A DNA stretch of 64,000 bases from Veleropilina oligotropha (lineage: Eukaryota): positions 124,001 to 188,000 of the forward strand of contig JBEUKZ010000097.1 in the NCBI GenBank assembly GCA_048128005.1. Reading direction: 5' to 3'. The stretch's first letter is position 1, and every line of letters begins with the position of its first letter. This document shows positions 32,470 to 47,631 of this stretch, one piece after another. The position numbers and the translations under genes are program-made. A model generated the notes under the pieces. That model saw only the letters and a program-made list of their open reading frames with translations. It was not told the origin of the DNA and did not search any database.

Positions 32470-35400
32470 GGGCTCCGTAAAATCGTGTTAATTTATGACA
32501 GACACTGTTTTTAGGGGTGCTGAACTCAAATCTGCTGTATGCCCAGCTCACAAATGGCCCATAATGCCTCAAACTTGAGAAATCCAAGATGGCCGCCACC
32601 GCCGAATTGAAATGTATTTATGTGCATAACTTTTTGACAAAAATATGTTTTTGTAGGTTTTCGTATATGGAGAATCCAAAACCATATTCTTTTTTAAATA
32701 AAAAGTAAAAAAATCCTTGAAGCTCAAATTTTTAGCAAAATTTGATGTTTTTTATGTCTTGACCTTTTTGACAAAAAAGGACAAGACATTATCAAATGGT
32801 CCGTGTGTATATACTTATATACTTATATACTTATATATATATATATATATATAATAATAATAATGATAATAATAATGAGGACATTTATATAGCGCTATAT
32901 AAATCCACACCACGAAGGGGCATGCTCAAAGTGCATTTATATATATATATCCGCTGATTTTCTCGAAAACTACTGAACCAATTACCCTGAAAATTGGCAT
33001 ATGCATTCCCAAGGTAATTTGTAGGTCGTGTATATAACTTTCATTACAACATTTCTTAAAATATCGTTTTTATAGGCATTTTTATGCATAATTGCCATGG
33101 TAACTTGGCCTAAGCCAAGTTATGACGTCTATGACGTCATTTTAGTGTGACTAAATTTTCTGTCAGAAAATCATGAGTTGGAAGTAAATACATCGTATGA
33201 ATATGTTAGATTGTATAAGAACCTTTAACGTACACTAATATACAACAGACGGTCCATGCAGACAAAGGTCAAGACATAATCCGAACGCGTCGTTCTTGTT
33301 ACTATATATACTGGGTCGATTATCAAAAAATATTAACCCCGAAGAAAATCGTGTTAATTTATGGTTTACAAGGTTTTTAGATTGAGGGGTGCTGAACTCA
33401 AATCTGCTGTATGCTAAGTTCAAAAATGTCCCATGATGCCCTAAAATTGAGAAATCCAAGATAGCCGCCACAGCCGAGTTGAAATGTATTTATTTTCATA
33501 TTTTGTATAAACAAGGCAGAAACGTGAATGAAATTTGTTAATTTAGGAGATCGGTGGTATTGACGGGTGCTGAAATCAACTCTGCTGTATACCCAGCTCA
33601 AACATGGTCCATAATGCCATAAAATTGAGAATCCAAGATGGTCGCCACAGCCGAGTTGAAATGTATTTATTTTCATAGTTTTTTACAAAACAAGGTAGAA
33701 ACTTGAATGAAATGTGCTATTTTAGGGTTTTAATGCTATCGAGGGGTGCTGAAGTCAACTCTGCTGTATGTCCACCTCAAAAATGGCCCATAATGCCACC
33801 ACCAGTACACATCTTTCGACTAAACAAGGTAGCAACCTGAATGGCATGTGCGTTTGTTGGTATGGAGAATCCATGATCATATTCAAATTGCATAAATTGT
33901 TGTTTTTAACTCTGTATAATTTGTCAACCAGATGGGAATTTTTCTGCAGCTGCAGCGTGGGCTGAGTCATCCATTCGTACAACCACAGGGGGCGATCTCT
34001 GTGCAAACCTATGGAATATGTGGCAGAGAGAGAGTAGCTATTACACTAACTGACCAGCCAGGTGCATCCTTACCATTTCGGTTTCTGGAGAGTGAGCGAG
34101 TATACTTGGTTCCAGATACTGTCTTGATAGTGTGAACGCATGATGGGAACGTTTGCTGCGTTGACTCGTGCTATGTTGCATTTACCAACATCGGATACAC
34201 CATATATCTTACATATGAATTTCTCTGTTGATATCGTTATGACAAGAGAGAGGTAAAAAGCTGTTTATATGTTTCATTGACTACAGTAAAGGGTACGATA
34301 TGGTGAGTCTCGGCGATTCTGGCAATGTTTATGGGAAAGAATAATTAGTGCATGTATATACCAATCGTCGTTACGCTGATGACGTTGCTTAGCTGATTTG
34401 AATGAATAAATATAAAATATTACAAATAAACAAATTGTCAGGTCATCTGATCCAGATCTCGCAGTCTCCTCTCTAAGGGCTGTCCACGAAGAAGCCGATA
34501 TCTTACTGATTTGGCAATGCATCCATGCTAAAATGATAGAAACAATACATATGTCAGTGCGCGACTCATGTGCTTCTTCTACCTCTGTCATTCTATTACT
34601 GTATAATGGTACGTGGTGAAAATACACATCTCTACATAAAAGTTGGGACGATGAAGGCTCTGCACATGAAACTCGCAGGTGTATCAGTCCAGTGGCCAGA
34701 GTAAAACAACAACCTGGCAGGTGTTCCAGCATCATCACACTGATCTTCTGGTCTTGACAAGGGTCATCTCACCGAAAACATAGCGATTGTCATCATGCTG
34801 CGGATCAGCCAGTGAGGTGGCCGGCGTCTTCTGTCATTATGTCACAGTCATATTTCTTACCGGGCCCACGTATAATATGCCTGAATTAATTAAGTTTACG
34901 ACGATCTATGTGTGATAAAAGACGCCATTTTTTCTAGCACATCCAGCTGATATGTGTCCATAGTTCAAAACCTTCAATTCTCTTTCGATCCATCTTCTTC
35001 ATTGCCCATGATTCACATACACCCATAAGCGGTAATCGGGAAGACAGACTACCGCAGTAGGCGCACTTTCGTGTCCCTCCCGATATAATTGTTCTTCAAG
35101 ATTGAAGTGAACGACAAAGCAGCACTTCTGGCTATGGTGATGCATCTTTTGATCTCCGAGGTGTCATCGAATTGATCATTGTACAAATAAAGTTAAATTG
35201 ACTAATGACCTCACTTGGTTCTTCAATGGCCATCAGTGTGTTGTTAATATCATTGTTTGTTGCTTTTTATAATCATCAGCTTGGTCCAAGTATACTTGTT
35301 CACTCTCCAGAAACCGATATGGTAAGGATGCACCTGGATGGTCAGCTAGTGTAATAGCTAGCTACTCTCTTTCTGCCACATATTCCATAGGTTTGCAGAA

Positions 35401-37176
35401 AGATCATCTGCCTCTTCACTGACAATAATTATTAATCATACTCTATCCATTAATATTTGAATTTCTTCCATCGAATCAGCTACGATTTCAAAATCATCTG
35501 CGTAACGAAGAATTAATTTTATATACTTCGGCATAATCCTAGGCACAATCGCCATGACTCACCATATGAAACGCTTTACTGTATTCGAAGAAACATCCAA
35601 ACAGCTTTTTACTTCTTTATCCTCATTGCAATATCAACCGAGAAATTCATATGTAAGATATATGATGTGCCCGAGGTTGATAAAGGAAACAAAGAACGAG
35701 TCGATGCAGCAAACTTTCACATCATGCTTTCACACCGTCAAGAGAGCTAGTCTCTGTAACCAAGCACACTTGTCACATCCTGATTTTTCTCCAGTAACCG
35801 AAATGGAAGGATGCAACTGGGTGGTCAGGTAGTTCCATGGCTACTCTCTCTCTGCCACCTATCCCAAAGGTTTATGTGGTGATCACCCCATGTTGTTGTA
35901 CGAAGGTGTGCCTCAGCCAACGCTGCAGCTGCATGGAATGCATTGAAGCATGCAACTGCCAGATACTTGGCAACAACTGCCGTAACATTTGTTATGACCG
36001 GGAATACGTTTATGTGTGCCCATATTATGATATACCTGTACACGATGAAGGACTGTTTGTGTAACGAGTTGATGGTAGGCTCGATCAAATCAACCACAAT
36101 TAATTCAAAATTACTGTCTTTGTTGTCATTTACTACACAAAGAAATTCATTGCAAAATTTTGGATTATGTCAGACATTATTCGAGTGATAATTGGGGTAC
36201 TTTACTACGTAACTTTGTTAAGCCAACATGGTTATTACTTCCCTATTATGTTCCCTGCCAACGTTTAAATCGTATGTTACATAAGTGTGCCTCGATCTGG
36301 TATTGGTGGTCTGCAATAAAGAAGAGTTTCCATAAGTTTATGCGCCATTTATTTCAAAGCCGATTATGATATTGGATTCCCCATATATGAAAACCTACAA
36401 AAGCACATTTCATTCAGGATTGTACCTTGTACGTCGAAAAGATATGTACATAAGTACATTTTCATCCCGGCGGTGGCGGCCATTTTGGATTTATCAATTC
36501 TGAGGCATTAAGGGCCATTTTTGAGGTGGACAAGGTCATATGCAGCAGAGCTGACTTCAGCACTCCCCAATACCATTAACACCCTAAAATAACACATTTC
36601 AAGTTTCTACCTTGTTTGGTAAAAATATATGAAAATAAATACATTTCAACCCGTCTGTGGCGGCCATCTTGGATTTCCCAATTTTTAGGCATTATGGGCC
36701 ATTTTTTAGCTGGTCATACAGCAGATTTGAGTTCAGCACCACTCAATACATCTAAAAACCTTGTATGCCATAAATTAACACGATTGCCTTAGGGGTTAAT
36801 ATTTTTGATAATCGACCCGGTCTATATAGTAAAAAAACATCAATTTTGCTACAAATTTCAGTCTCAAGGATTTTAAAAACTTTTTATTTAAAAAAGGATA
36901 TGGTTTTGGATTCTTCATATACGAAAACCTACAAAAGAATATTTAATTCAAGTTTATACCTTGTTTAGTAAAAAAGTTATGCACATAAATACATTTCAAT
37001 CCGGCAGCAGCGGCCATCTTGCATTTCTCAATTTTGAGGCATTATGGGCCATTTTTGAGCTGGGAATACAACAGATTTGAATTCAGCACCCCTCAATACA
37101 TCTAAAAACCCTGTATGCCATAAATTAACACGATTTGCCTCCAGGGTTAATATTATTGGAAAATTGACCCAGTCTA
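32470..37176. mobile_element. Remnants of Academ-like DNA transposon ends in both orientations
   Basis: Degenerate Cys-rich tail (PCCCTKVCLSQRCSC...CIEACNC...CRN) at 35700-36000, inverted homolog at 33930-34210; ~180-bp subterminal repeats containing CCAAGATGGCCGCC; end ...CCCAGTCTA (TAG terminus). Superfamily is inferred. Confidence 0.5.
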
Positions 37177-38380
37177 CATGTATATTTGAAACAATTATAG
37201 GTCAGTATGACACAGTGTAAGGGTTTGTTAGTAAATATTATATTTGATATGGTATATTGTCTATAAATTGAACAAATGTCATTACATAAGTGGGACTTAC
37301 TTGAAACAACTAATGCACAAGTTGTGAAAGTGACCTGAATTTGTATGAACTGTCATTGGAAAAATGTAGATCTGTTAAAAATTGCACAAGCGTAGATGAT
37401 ACAAGTTTTCCGACTTAAAAATTCATCATAAGTCGATCAACTCTATATGTCGTAATCTCACCCAGATCGCACACATATTAACATTCAGCAACCTTCATTC
37501 AGCAACCTTCATTCAGATCTTCATTCAGCAACCTTCATTCAGATCTTCATTCAGCAACCTTCATTCAGATCTTTATTCAGCAACCTTCATTCAGATCTTC
37601 ATTCAGATCTTCATTCAGATCTTCATTCAGCAACCTTCCAAGATGGCGCAAAATCGTGAATCTTACTGTCCTTGTGAGGCGAAAGATTTCATTATTCCCC
37701 TGCCCTCTTGGGTTTGAAAACAATGTTATACAGAACCATTACTAAATAATTTACAAATGATAAATAAGAATAAACGTGATCTTCATCGGTATATCAGGAA
37801 CATCCAGAGAAAATCGGGATGGTCGGAAAGTATGTAGCCTATGTCCATATCTGTTTGTGATCCAATGTCACGACCTTGCCGATCAATGATCACGTCGTCT
37901 GATTTGGATGGATTAGGCTCATACCAAGACGTCAATATTATCGCGAGATATCCCGTTATACCGAGATGTTGGGGTCAGGCACCCGACAACCAGACTAATC
38001 CACCAACGTTTTAGATGGCGAAAAATCGTGAATTTACTGTCCATTATTAATCGGAGCCTCCTGCCCTCCTGAGATAGAAAAGAAAAGCTAAAGAGAGAAG
38101 TGATAAATAAAAAAGAACGTGATTTTCTTTGGCATATTGGGATAGTGTGATTGTTTATTCATATCTCTGTGATCCAATGTCCTGACCTTTACGCGCACGA
38201 CGCCGCCAAAACTAAGATCACCATGTTTGAACGTTGGTTTGGACGACTTAATATCCTGCATTTAGCAACCAATCCGGCTCATACCAAGACATGTCAATAT
38301 TGTCACGAGATAACACGGTCCTGGGGAAATTCACCATCTCTGGTTCGTTATGGACATCTGTGACAGGTAAAAGGAATGCT
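34244..38380 (+). repeat. Duplicated segment, copy 1
   Basis: Collinear high similarity to 50858-60393. Confidence 0.92.
34940..35280 (-). mobile_element. RTE-like LINE fragment (also at ~51550-51900)
   Basis: CESWAMKKMDRKRIEGFELW. Confidence 0.6.
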
Positions 38381-38699
38381 ATTGTACCAACTGGGATTAT
38401 AATTGTTACTGTTACTATTTAGATAAAGCAATCAATTGAATGAAAGTCTAGTCTGCACTTGAAATCAATTGGCTACCGGAGCTGCCTCGCCTTGCTTGAG
38501 TTCACATACTTCCACTCATGCATATAACCGGTCCGGTAACTTTACATAATTAATTACACTTCATAAGCATTTTATTAAATCATAGTTACTCTTTTACATA
38601 TAAATCCAGGCATCTTTACAGAAGCAATATTTTTTTGTTGCAATTAAGTTACATGTAATTTTAAAACAATTATTCTTTGATACGACACAATATCAGCCT

Positions 38700-38970
38700 C
38701 AAATGAAAGGAAAGGGTCGATGCTGAATGCCCTGTATATTTCCAACCGTTAAGTTCAAAGCAAGACGTCCATATTATCGTGGAAGGAAAGCTCGGTCGCC
38801 CGGCGAAATCTGCCCTCTCCGACCAGTTAGGGACAACTGTGATTTAAAATTTGAACAAATAATGTCATGTCCCAAGCGAGGTTCGAACCAACTACTGTTC
38901 GCATCAGCGGAATCAAGCCAGTGATTTTTCGGACTCTGCAACCGAAACCACACGACTGTCTAAGTGGCCA
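38700..38970 (-). mobile_element. tRNA-derived SINE copy
   Basis: Same family as 5243 and 6800; B box GGTTCGAACC. Confidence 0.75.
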
Positions 38971-39089
38971 TATCATCTTCAAACTTTTAATTTTGGAAAA
39001 TTTATTATTCAATACAACACAATATTAATGTTGGTTTGTAAATAGTCTCATAGTGATAGGTGTGGGATATCGCATATCTACCTAACGTA

Positions 39090-40950
39090 TATCACTAACG
39101 CTTGTCTCCGATAAGGATTGATGCATGTTCCCGGAGACATCGATAACTTGAATACGACTCGTTGCTCACAGCTCATTGGCGAGGTTGCCGTACTTCAGTG
39201 TGGATCACAGCATGTTGCTGGAGATGTCAAGGCCTTGAAAACGAACTAGCCAGACACAGCACATAATATTACTGAGGTCGCTCACGCGTGTGGATTATCA
39301 AATGTCGCTTGAGAAAGTCTGATCGTGACAATGGGTTATAACATACAGTGCATTCATGACGTTCCTCTTTTGTGTGGATTAGCATATGCTGTTTGAGGTG
39401 GCCTGATTGGTTAAATGACTTGTCACATATGCCGCACTGATATGGGGTTTCTCCTGTATGGGTTAAAGTATGTTTACGGAGATTGCCTCTTAAAATAAAT
39501 GACTTGTCCCATAAAGTACACGAATACGTCTTTTCTCCAGCATGGATGACAGCATGCTGACGGAGACACCGAGAACTTGAATACGACTTGTGGCACACAT
39601 TGCATTGGCGAGGTTTCTGTCCTGTATGAATTAGCATATGTTGCTTGAGATGGCCATGCTGAGAAAATGATTTATCACAAATACTACATTGATGAGGCTT
39701 CAGCCCTGTATGTGTAAGCATATGATGCTTGAGAGTGCGTGACTGTGTAAATGACTTGTAACACACAGTGCATTGATGGGGCTTCAGCCCTGTATGTGTA
39801 AACATATGAAGCTTGAGAGTGCATGACTGTGTAAATGACTTGTAACACACGGTGCATTGATGGGGCTTCTCTTTTGTGTGGATTAGCATATGCTGTTTGA
39901 GGTTGCATGATTGGTTAAATGACTTGTCACATATGCCGCACTGATATGGGGTTTCTCCTGTATGGGTTAAAGTATGTTGACGGAGATTGTCATGTGTAAT
40001 AAATGATTTGTCACATAAAGTGCATGGATGCTCCCTCCCTCCAGTATGGATGGCAGCATGCTGACGGAGATACCGAGAACTTGAATATGACATCACACAC
40101 AACGCATCGATGCTTCCCTTCAGTATGGATGGTGGCATGCTGACGGAGATATTGAGAACTTGAATATGACCTGACACACACAGGGCATTGATGCTTCTCT
40201 CCAGTATGGATGGCAGCATGTCGACGGAGATACCAAGAACTTGAATATGACTTGTGGCACACATTGCATTGGTGAGGTTTCAGTCCTGTATGATTTAGCA
40301 TATGCCGCTTGAGATGGCCATGCTGAGAAAATGATTTATCGCAAATACTACACTGATGAAGTTTCAGCCCTGTATGTGTAAGCATATGATGCTTGAGAGT
40401 GCTTGACTGTGTAAATGACTTATAACACACAGTGCATTGATGGGGTTTCTCTTTTGTGTGGATTAGCATATGCACGTTGAGAGTGCTTAAACGGCGAAAT
40501 GATTTGTCGCAGACACAGCATTGATGAAGTCTCTCGTCTGTGTGGATTAGCATATGCACGTTGAGAGTGCCTGAACGGCGAAATGATTTGTCGCAGACAC
40601 TGCATTGATGACGTCTCTCGTCTGTGTGGATTAGCATATGCTGCTTGATATGCCTTGATTGGCTAAATGATTTGTCGCAGACACTACATTTGTACACCTT
40701 TTTATCCGGCATGGGTGTGTTCATAGAGACGACTGGACTTGTTAAATAACCTGTCACATAAAGTACAGGAATACTTTTTCCATCCTGTATGGATTGCAGC
40801 ATAGATAATGAAAATTTGAAGACTACTTGCGAGGCTCACTGCAAGGATGAGATTTCTATTTCTCTCTCGTGTAGATTAGCATATTATGGAGCGTGAGAGT
40901 GCCGATTTATCGCAAACACAGTAGAAGCCAGAATTCCCTGATGTGTAGAT
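39090..40950 (-). pseudogene. Tandem C2H2 zinc-finger array (~17 recognisable fingers), frameshifted
   Basis: CxxC...HxxxH with HTGEKP-like linkers in two frames (switch ~40090); stop at 39269 followed by degenerate fingers. Confidence 0.88.
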
Positions 40951-42029
40951 TATCATGTTCAGTTTTTCTTCAAATGTGGGGCCAAGCACACCGACAGAGA
41001 TGAATGCATTTAATCAACTAAATAACGTCAACAAGTTGTTCCTTCTCATTTGCACAATTATAACTAAATATTTCCTGCACGTTGCACTGTAAATCTTTTC
41101 TTTGGAGCAGGATTCGTGCTTACATCACCAACGCCGCTGATGAAGACTCTCAGACCATGGTGTATTCCTAGTCGGCTTGTCAGAGTTTGATCCTGAAAAA
41201 TAATAGAAAGGCAACATACTCAGTATATTACGTGTTTCTGGTTAATGACACTTTAATAGGTTTGATATGGATCAGTAATTTACATAATAGTCTTTTAGAA
41301 TAATTTACAGAATCAACATTTACATTATAATTTAACAAGAAGACGTGACAACTGACATGGATAAGCAAGATAATTTGTTATATATACAAAGTGCAGGATT
41401 ATTATGTTTTTGAAAGGCTTGGTTTGAGCGATGCTTGATGTTTCATGATTTAACACCCTTGAGGACGCTAACGGCACAAGTCTTAGTCAATACATATGAT
41501 CAGGTATTATCAAAGATTTGAACTAATTTCCGTGAAATAGATCATACAAGCGTGTGAAACGGGAGTCCCACTGTTACTAAATGAAATACCCGTATCAGGT
41601 GGCATAATATTAAAAAGGAAAATAGAACAGCTTTTGTTTTCATTTATCAATCATACAACCTACAACTATATTACTCGATGAAAATGTCAAAATTTACATT
41701 GTAAATTTGAGAATTGCCCCAAATTTTAAAGAGACTATTGGCCCGTCTATTGCCCGTAAATGCGCTCTTTTCGTGACTGTGTAACTTATAATGTAACATG
41801 ACTGATCACCCTCTATCGCACGGTTCGCGCAGATTGATACAAATTTCGTGAAGATATGATCGATATATGATCAAATGATAGACTTTTATTGAAATTATTA
41901 TTGTAACTGGGCAATATATATTGCAGACGGTGTTTAATTATTTTTAAATATTCAGTAATTATTAATTTAAACGGTAGCAAATTACTGACGAAAGTGGAGT
42001 GTTGAAAATTCCTAATTTGTTATGTTATA

Positions 42030-43452
42030 AACAACTAGATATGTCAGAGTGACACGAATGCCCCCTCTGAAACAACTGCCCATGAATGAAAGAAATTCGA
42101 AGGGAACGGCCATAACTCTCTTAACATTGAATTTATGCATTTAACAATGTATGAATAAGTATACACCTATATTCTAAATATAGTTTCATTCCATGAATAT
42201 ATTCCGAACTTATCGTCCAGAATTGAAAACAAAATTAAATTAATGAATGTCCTATGTCTCTTACATGAAGTTGGGAATTTATAGAAATGAAACTCCACTT
42301 AGATATTCTGATATACATGTGAATGCCTGAATATAGCGCAGAATCTAAAGCATTCTAGGGACAAACATGTGTAACTATTAATACTCTCCATACTTCGTTT
42401 TGCAGGGGACCGGGCACAAATTTTTTTCCAATGATATTACACGTGTATATCAAAGTTAATTTATATCCATGAAGGCATTCTCAAGTCATAGCCCGGAAAT
42501 GGAAGAAAAATTTGCAATTTGATGAAGGGACATAACTCCCTTATGTGAAGGTGGAATTTTACCGAAATCGAACTCCGCTTAGCTATTATGATCATACACG
42601 TGAATATCAAATATAATTTAAATCCATGAAGGTGTTCTCAAGTTACCGCCTGGAAATGAAGAAATGTTTCCAAGTGAATCAAGGGGCATAACTCTCTTAT
42701 GTGACATCGGAATTTTACCGAAATCGAACTGCACTTGACCATTACGATCATACAATACCAAATTTAATGTAAATTCATGAAAAAAGTTTCCAAGTGAATC
42801 AAGGGGCATAACTCCTTTATGGAAATTCTGAATGTTACCGAAATCGAACTTCGCTTGGGTATTATGATCATACATGTGAATACCAAATTTAATGTAAATC
42901 CATGAAGGCATTCTCAAGATACCGGCAGGAAATGAAAAAAATGTTTCCAAGTGAAACAAGGGGCATAACTCATATATGGAAATTCGGAATGTTACCGAAA
43001 TCGAACTTCACTTCGGTATTATGATCATACATGTGAATACCAAATTTAATGTAAATCCATGAAGGCATTCTCAAGTTACCGCCCGGAAATGAAAAAATGT
43101 TTCCAAGTGAATCAAGGGGCATAACTCCTTTATGGAAATTCGGAATGTTACCGAAATCGAACTTCACTTCGGAATTATGATCATACACGTGAATACCAAA
43201 TTTAATGCAAATCCACGAAGGCATTCTGAAGTTACCGCCCGGAAATGAAAAAATGTTTCAAAGTGAATCAAGGGGCATAACTCCTTAATGGCAATTCGGA
43301 ATGTGACCGTAATCGAACTTGACTAGCTATTATGATCATCCTCTTGCATACCAAATTTCTAAAGTTATAGCCCGGAAACGAAGTTCGGACGGACGGACAG
43401 ACGGACGTGTGCAACACTAGATGCCCCCAAACTTCGTTTAGGGGGCATAAAA
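42030..43452 (+). mobile_element. Helentron-associated (HINE/DINE-1/pearl-like) non-autonomous element with ~144-bp internal tandem repeats
   Basis: 5' AACTAGATATGTCAGAGTGACACGAATGCCCCC; tandem units 42480-43380; (GGAC)n; 3' hairpin ATGCCCCCAAACTTCGTTTAGGGGGCAT then A-run. Confidence 0.7.
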
Positions 43453-44337
43453 AGTGTAATGCGGACAGTTTTCTTTTTTTAAAAGAAAGTCTCTTTAACA
43501 CATGCATTAAGTATTGAACATTTTAGAGTACCCAGGATTGACATTGGTGAGCACTAGCATTGATCTTAATCGAGTTGGTAATTGTGCAACCGAAAATTAT
43601 ATCAAAACGAAAATCATTCGTGTAAACAATTGCTGACAAATTATCTAAGATGTAAATGGAAAGCAATTTAAATGTCAATTTCATTTAATTCAGCATCACA
43701 AATGTAGTTTTTTATTACTTACGTCTTTCTCTCTGTTATATTGACCCCAAAATGAATCTTCAATATGGATATTCGATAGTATTACGTAAGCACCATCAAT
43801 TTATAATCACGACTTATTTAAGACTGTTAGCATCACCTGAAGCGAAGAACAGACGCCAGGAATTGAGATTGTATGGACGTCGAAGGACTCTGGTAATGAC
43901 ACAAAATTGTTCCAAGCACCACTAGTATTAAGGTCCTGGAATAACAAATGAGGTCAGAGTCGTCAAGTCTCATGATTTGGTCGTGAGATTCACGCCCGCT
44001 GTGTGCTGGAACACCAATATCACGACCAACTTCAATTTCTCACGACCATGTCAACTTTCATGATTTTTCAAAAATTCATTCAAATAATTTGATGTACAAA
44101 ACAATCGACGGACCCAATGCTGCAAGTTGCTAATTGATATTCTATGATATCGTTTAATGAGTGTAATTTACAAAAGAAACTAATGTATTGTACTTTAATT
44201 ACCTTAATTGAATTGCACGCGTGTTTATTTACTAACCCAAGCGGCTTCTTGGCGCTTCACGGTCCAACGGTGATATTGAGAGAGCATTCTTTATTGATAC
44301 ATGTAGTCATACGCAATTACTGTTCCAAAAACGAATG

Positions 44338-45125
44338 TAGGACAAAACCCCAATAGGACAAAACCCCAATGGAACAAAAACCACATGGACAATAACCCAA
44401 TAGGACAAAACCCCAATGCTAAAAAAGCCCCTTATGACAAAACCCCAATGGTGTTATTTTTTACATGATATATATAAAAAGCAAAAAGGAATATGTTAAT
44501 AAAAGTTAACATTAACTACCCGTTTATATTTTTGCTAGATGATTATAATATTATATAGACATTCTTAATTTGCTCATAATATGAATGCTAATTAGGTATA
44601 GCTTTAATGGATTTAGAGATTATCTTCACCTTGGCTCAATAGTTTGGGATTATCATCATCTTCATCTTGGCTCAATGGTTTGGGATTATCATCACCTTTC
44701 TTGGACATCAAAAGCAACGAATGAATGAGTTGAAACACTTTGTAGTTGTAAAACATACCACTTCATGAGTTGTCTAGACAATATTGACATATAATCTTCT
44801 TGTGGATTATGACATTTGAGAACCTTGTGCAGTGCATTTGTATTCACTATTTGACAGCAAAACAATTGAGGAGTTCCTCCATGGCATTGGACATTGCATT
44901 AGGCTACATTGAGCTTCTAATAAATCAGTGTATATAATATATTTATATAATAAGTGTGTATAATATATTTATATAATAAGTGTATGTAATAAAAATAATA
45001 TATTTTTTTATTTGTTATATTTTATGTGACCATTGGGGTTTTGTCCTAAGGGGCTTTTTAACCATTGGGGTTTTGTCCTATTGGTGTTTTGTCCATTGGG
45101 GTTTTGTCCTATTGGGGTATTGTCC
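44338..45125. mobile_element. Foldback/MITE-like element with repeated subterminal motif
   Basis: GGACAAAACCCCAAT repeats at left, ATTGGGGTTTTGTCC repeats at right. Confidence 0.7.
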
Positions 45126-47631
45126 GTTTAAGAATATCATTTAGTCTTAAAATGGCATTTTAAAATGTAATTAAATGTAATAGCATAGTAGTCTCGTTTT
45201 CATCCAAGTTTAGTAGTTACGAACTAAAAGCGGACACGTGTATGAAATGTGTTCTATCATATAGCCTTAGACGCAATTGCGTGTACACAAAGTTTGATAG
45301 ACATTCCATTCTCTCAAGAAATATTTACATACATGTAAGCAACATTTAATGAAAATTCGTCCTTTCATGACCGGCTACATTTTTCGCTATATGCATTTAT
45401 GTTTACCCTCTAGCGGACATGGTCAAATCACACACACACCGCGGAGGGATAGGGGAAAAGTCAGGATATGCTTTTAAAAATGAAGACTCAGATATTGATT
45501 AATTGCATACCTGACTTCTCAATGAGATGCAGTGAAAAATCACACCAGCAAATGTACAGTAATACATGAAGTAACACTATTTTGCCTTCGTCACATCCGG
45601 ATATTGGGCAATTTCAGGAAAGATAACTGCGGACTGAGGCCATTTTAAGGTCACCTGTATAAACATGGCGTTCGGTGAAGGTAGATAATTATACTAATTC
45701 GTCAGCCGTGCGTTCAAGATGCAAAACGTTTTGTCCAAACACAAAATGTTTTGTGTTTTGTCGTTCAATTAGCAGAGCGCTTTCTGAAAACTTTTTGCAA
45801 CCGGCTCGCAACCTTCCGAAGTAGCACGCCGCGTGACCAATATAGCGGACGAAAGACCGACTGTGAATAAAGGACCGAATGGCAAATTTATTTTGCAACA
45901 TTGGATGCATTTAGGAGTCACAAACTATTAATCAGAGTCTTAATAGAAATAATATGTAAATTAAGAAGAAAATAGTTTAATTTAAAGTTTCTACTGATAT
46001 GGTGCTTTATGCTTTACCACTTGTATATATGCTGTATTCGACAAATTCCAGCAAGGGCAGATAACTACGCAATTCAGCGTTTTGCATTTGATTATATGCA
46101 AATATTATGTAAACAATGATAATGACCGATAAGTCAAGCAGCGCCTGGTGACACGTAAGGAAATAATTTTATATCGTATGTCGTTGTTATTAATAGTTGA
46201 TAGTTGCAGTAATAATCACATTTTAAAAGAATTGTTGATGTTGTCGTTTTTAAGTTCTATCATAAATTTAATTATTAAATCAAAATTTCGGTAATACGGG
46301 AGGAAAGTGTCAATATATAATCTTTGACAAGGATTGGTGTGTCCCGTAGTGATAAAAGCGGATAAGCTCTAATAGCATGGAAGTTTCCTATTGATGGATT
46401 GGCAGGCGTAAAGGTGTTACCATTAGCACATTCGTTGATCGGTAAATAAAGTCGACCATTTTGGAAAATGTTTTCGACACCAAAGAATACTGCATTAATA
46501 GTTATAATTTTTCTTCAATAACATAAGATAATTTTATAACATTTCCGAATATATGACATATAACATAATTTATCATCAAAATTAATTAATTCGACTTGTT
46601 TTATATAGATGGCCAGACCTCCCCGACTGCATCTACATGATTTTCATCTCTCTAAATGGCACATAATAATATCGCACTTGTATGAGAAATAGGTCTTGCA
46701 TCAACACTGTTTGTGCACACCTAAATTTGACAAAGGTGGGAATTGGCCTGCTAAAACGCCGATGACATGGATGAGATAAAAGCAGGATTAAAATTCCATC
46801 GCAGCACCATCTTCAATTATCTCCCTTACTTCATTATTTCTATCTGAATCACTAATCATTTCGCTACTTAATCTGATTCACGCTCTGTAATTTCACTATC
46901 TGCATTCATAATGTTGTTTATTTCCTACAAAGCTGGTATAAGGGTACTAGTATATGACAAATGTGCATAGGCAGGCATACCGCCTACCAATGCTACCATA
47001 GTACAATGGGTTATAAAGTGGTTCGGCTACAGGCATATATATATTATGACTGAAAAATAATTGAAATCTGGTTGCAAATCTTTACCGATTCAAATCAAAT
47101 TAAATTATATTATAAGCATATCGTAATTGGGTAGGATAATTAGTTCAAGATTAACATTTAAAATTGTAATACACACGGACTCTCTGGTCGAAGGTATATG
47201 GCAACATTACATGTCATTCAATATTCAATTATATTATTATTAAGGTGCCTATTTCTAAATTATAAGAAACATGTGTAATATGCAAATGTATTATACGTTC
47301 ATGGGCATGATCTGCAAAAGTATGCAAGGGTATGCAAAGCACGTCAATCTTGTCACATGTTAACAAGAGTATGATTGAATGTGGACCGGAATACATGGTT
47401 TGGAAAAAAATATGGTATATGTTGAATATGAGTGTTGAATATAAGTTAAACAAATGGATAACCGACAAACAACACATCACATTGTAGACCCTGAATCAGG
47501 AGTCCTGTAATACGGAATTTAATGTCATTCGACTGTTCAATAAAAAGTATTATTTGTAAAAATTTGTGCTGGTTTACAGATTATCACATCCAGACTGAGA
47601 ACTAAAATGTAAGTTATAGTAATAAATATTT

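Noticed and set aside
42618..43507. Repetitive protein ORFs
   Set aside because: Translations of the internal ~144-bp tandem repeats of a non-autonomous element
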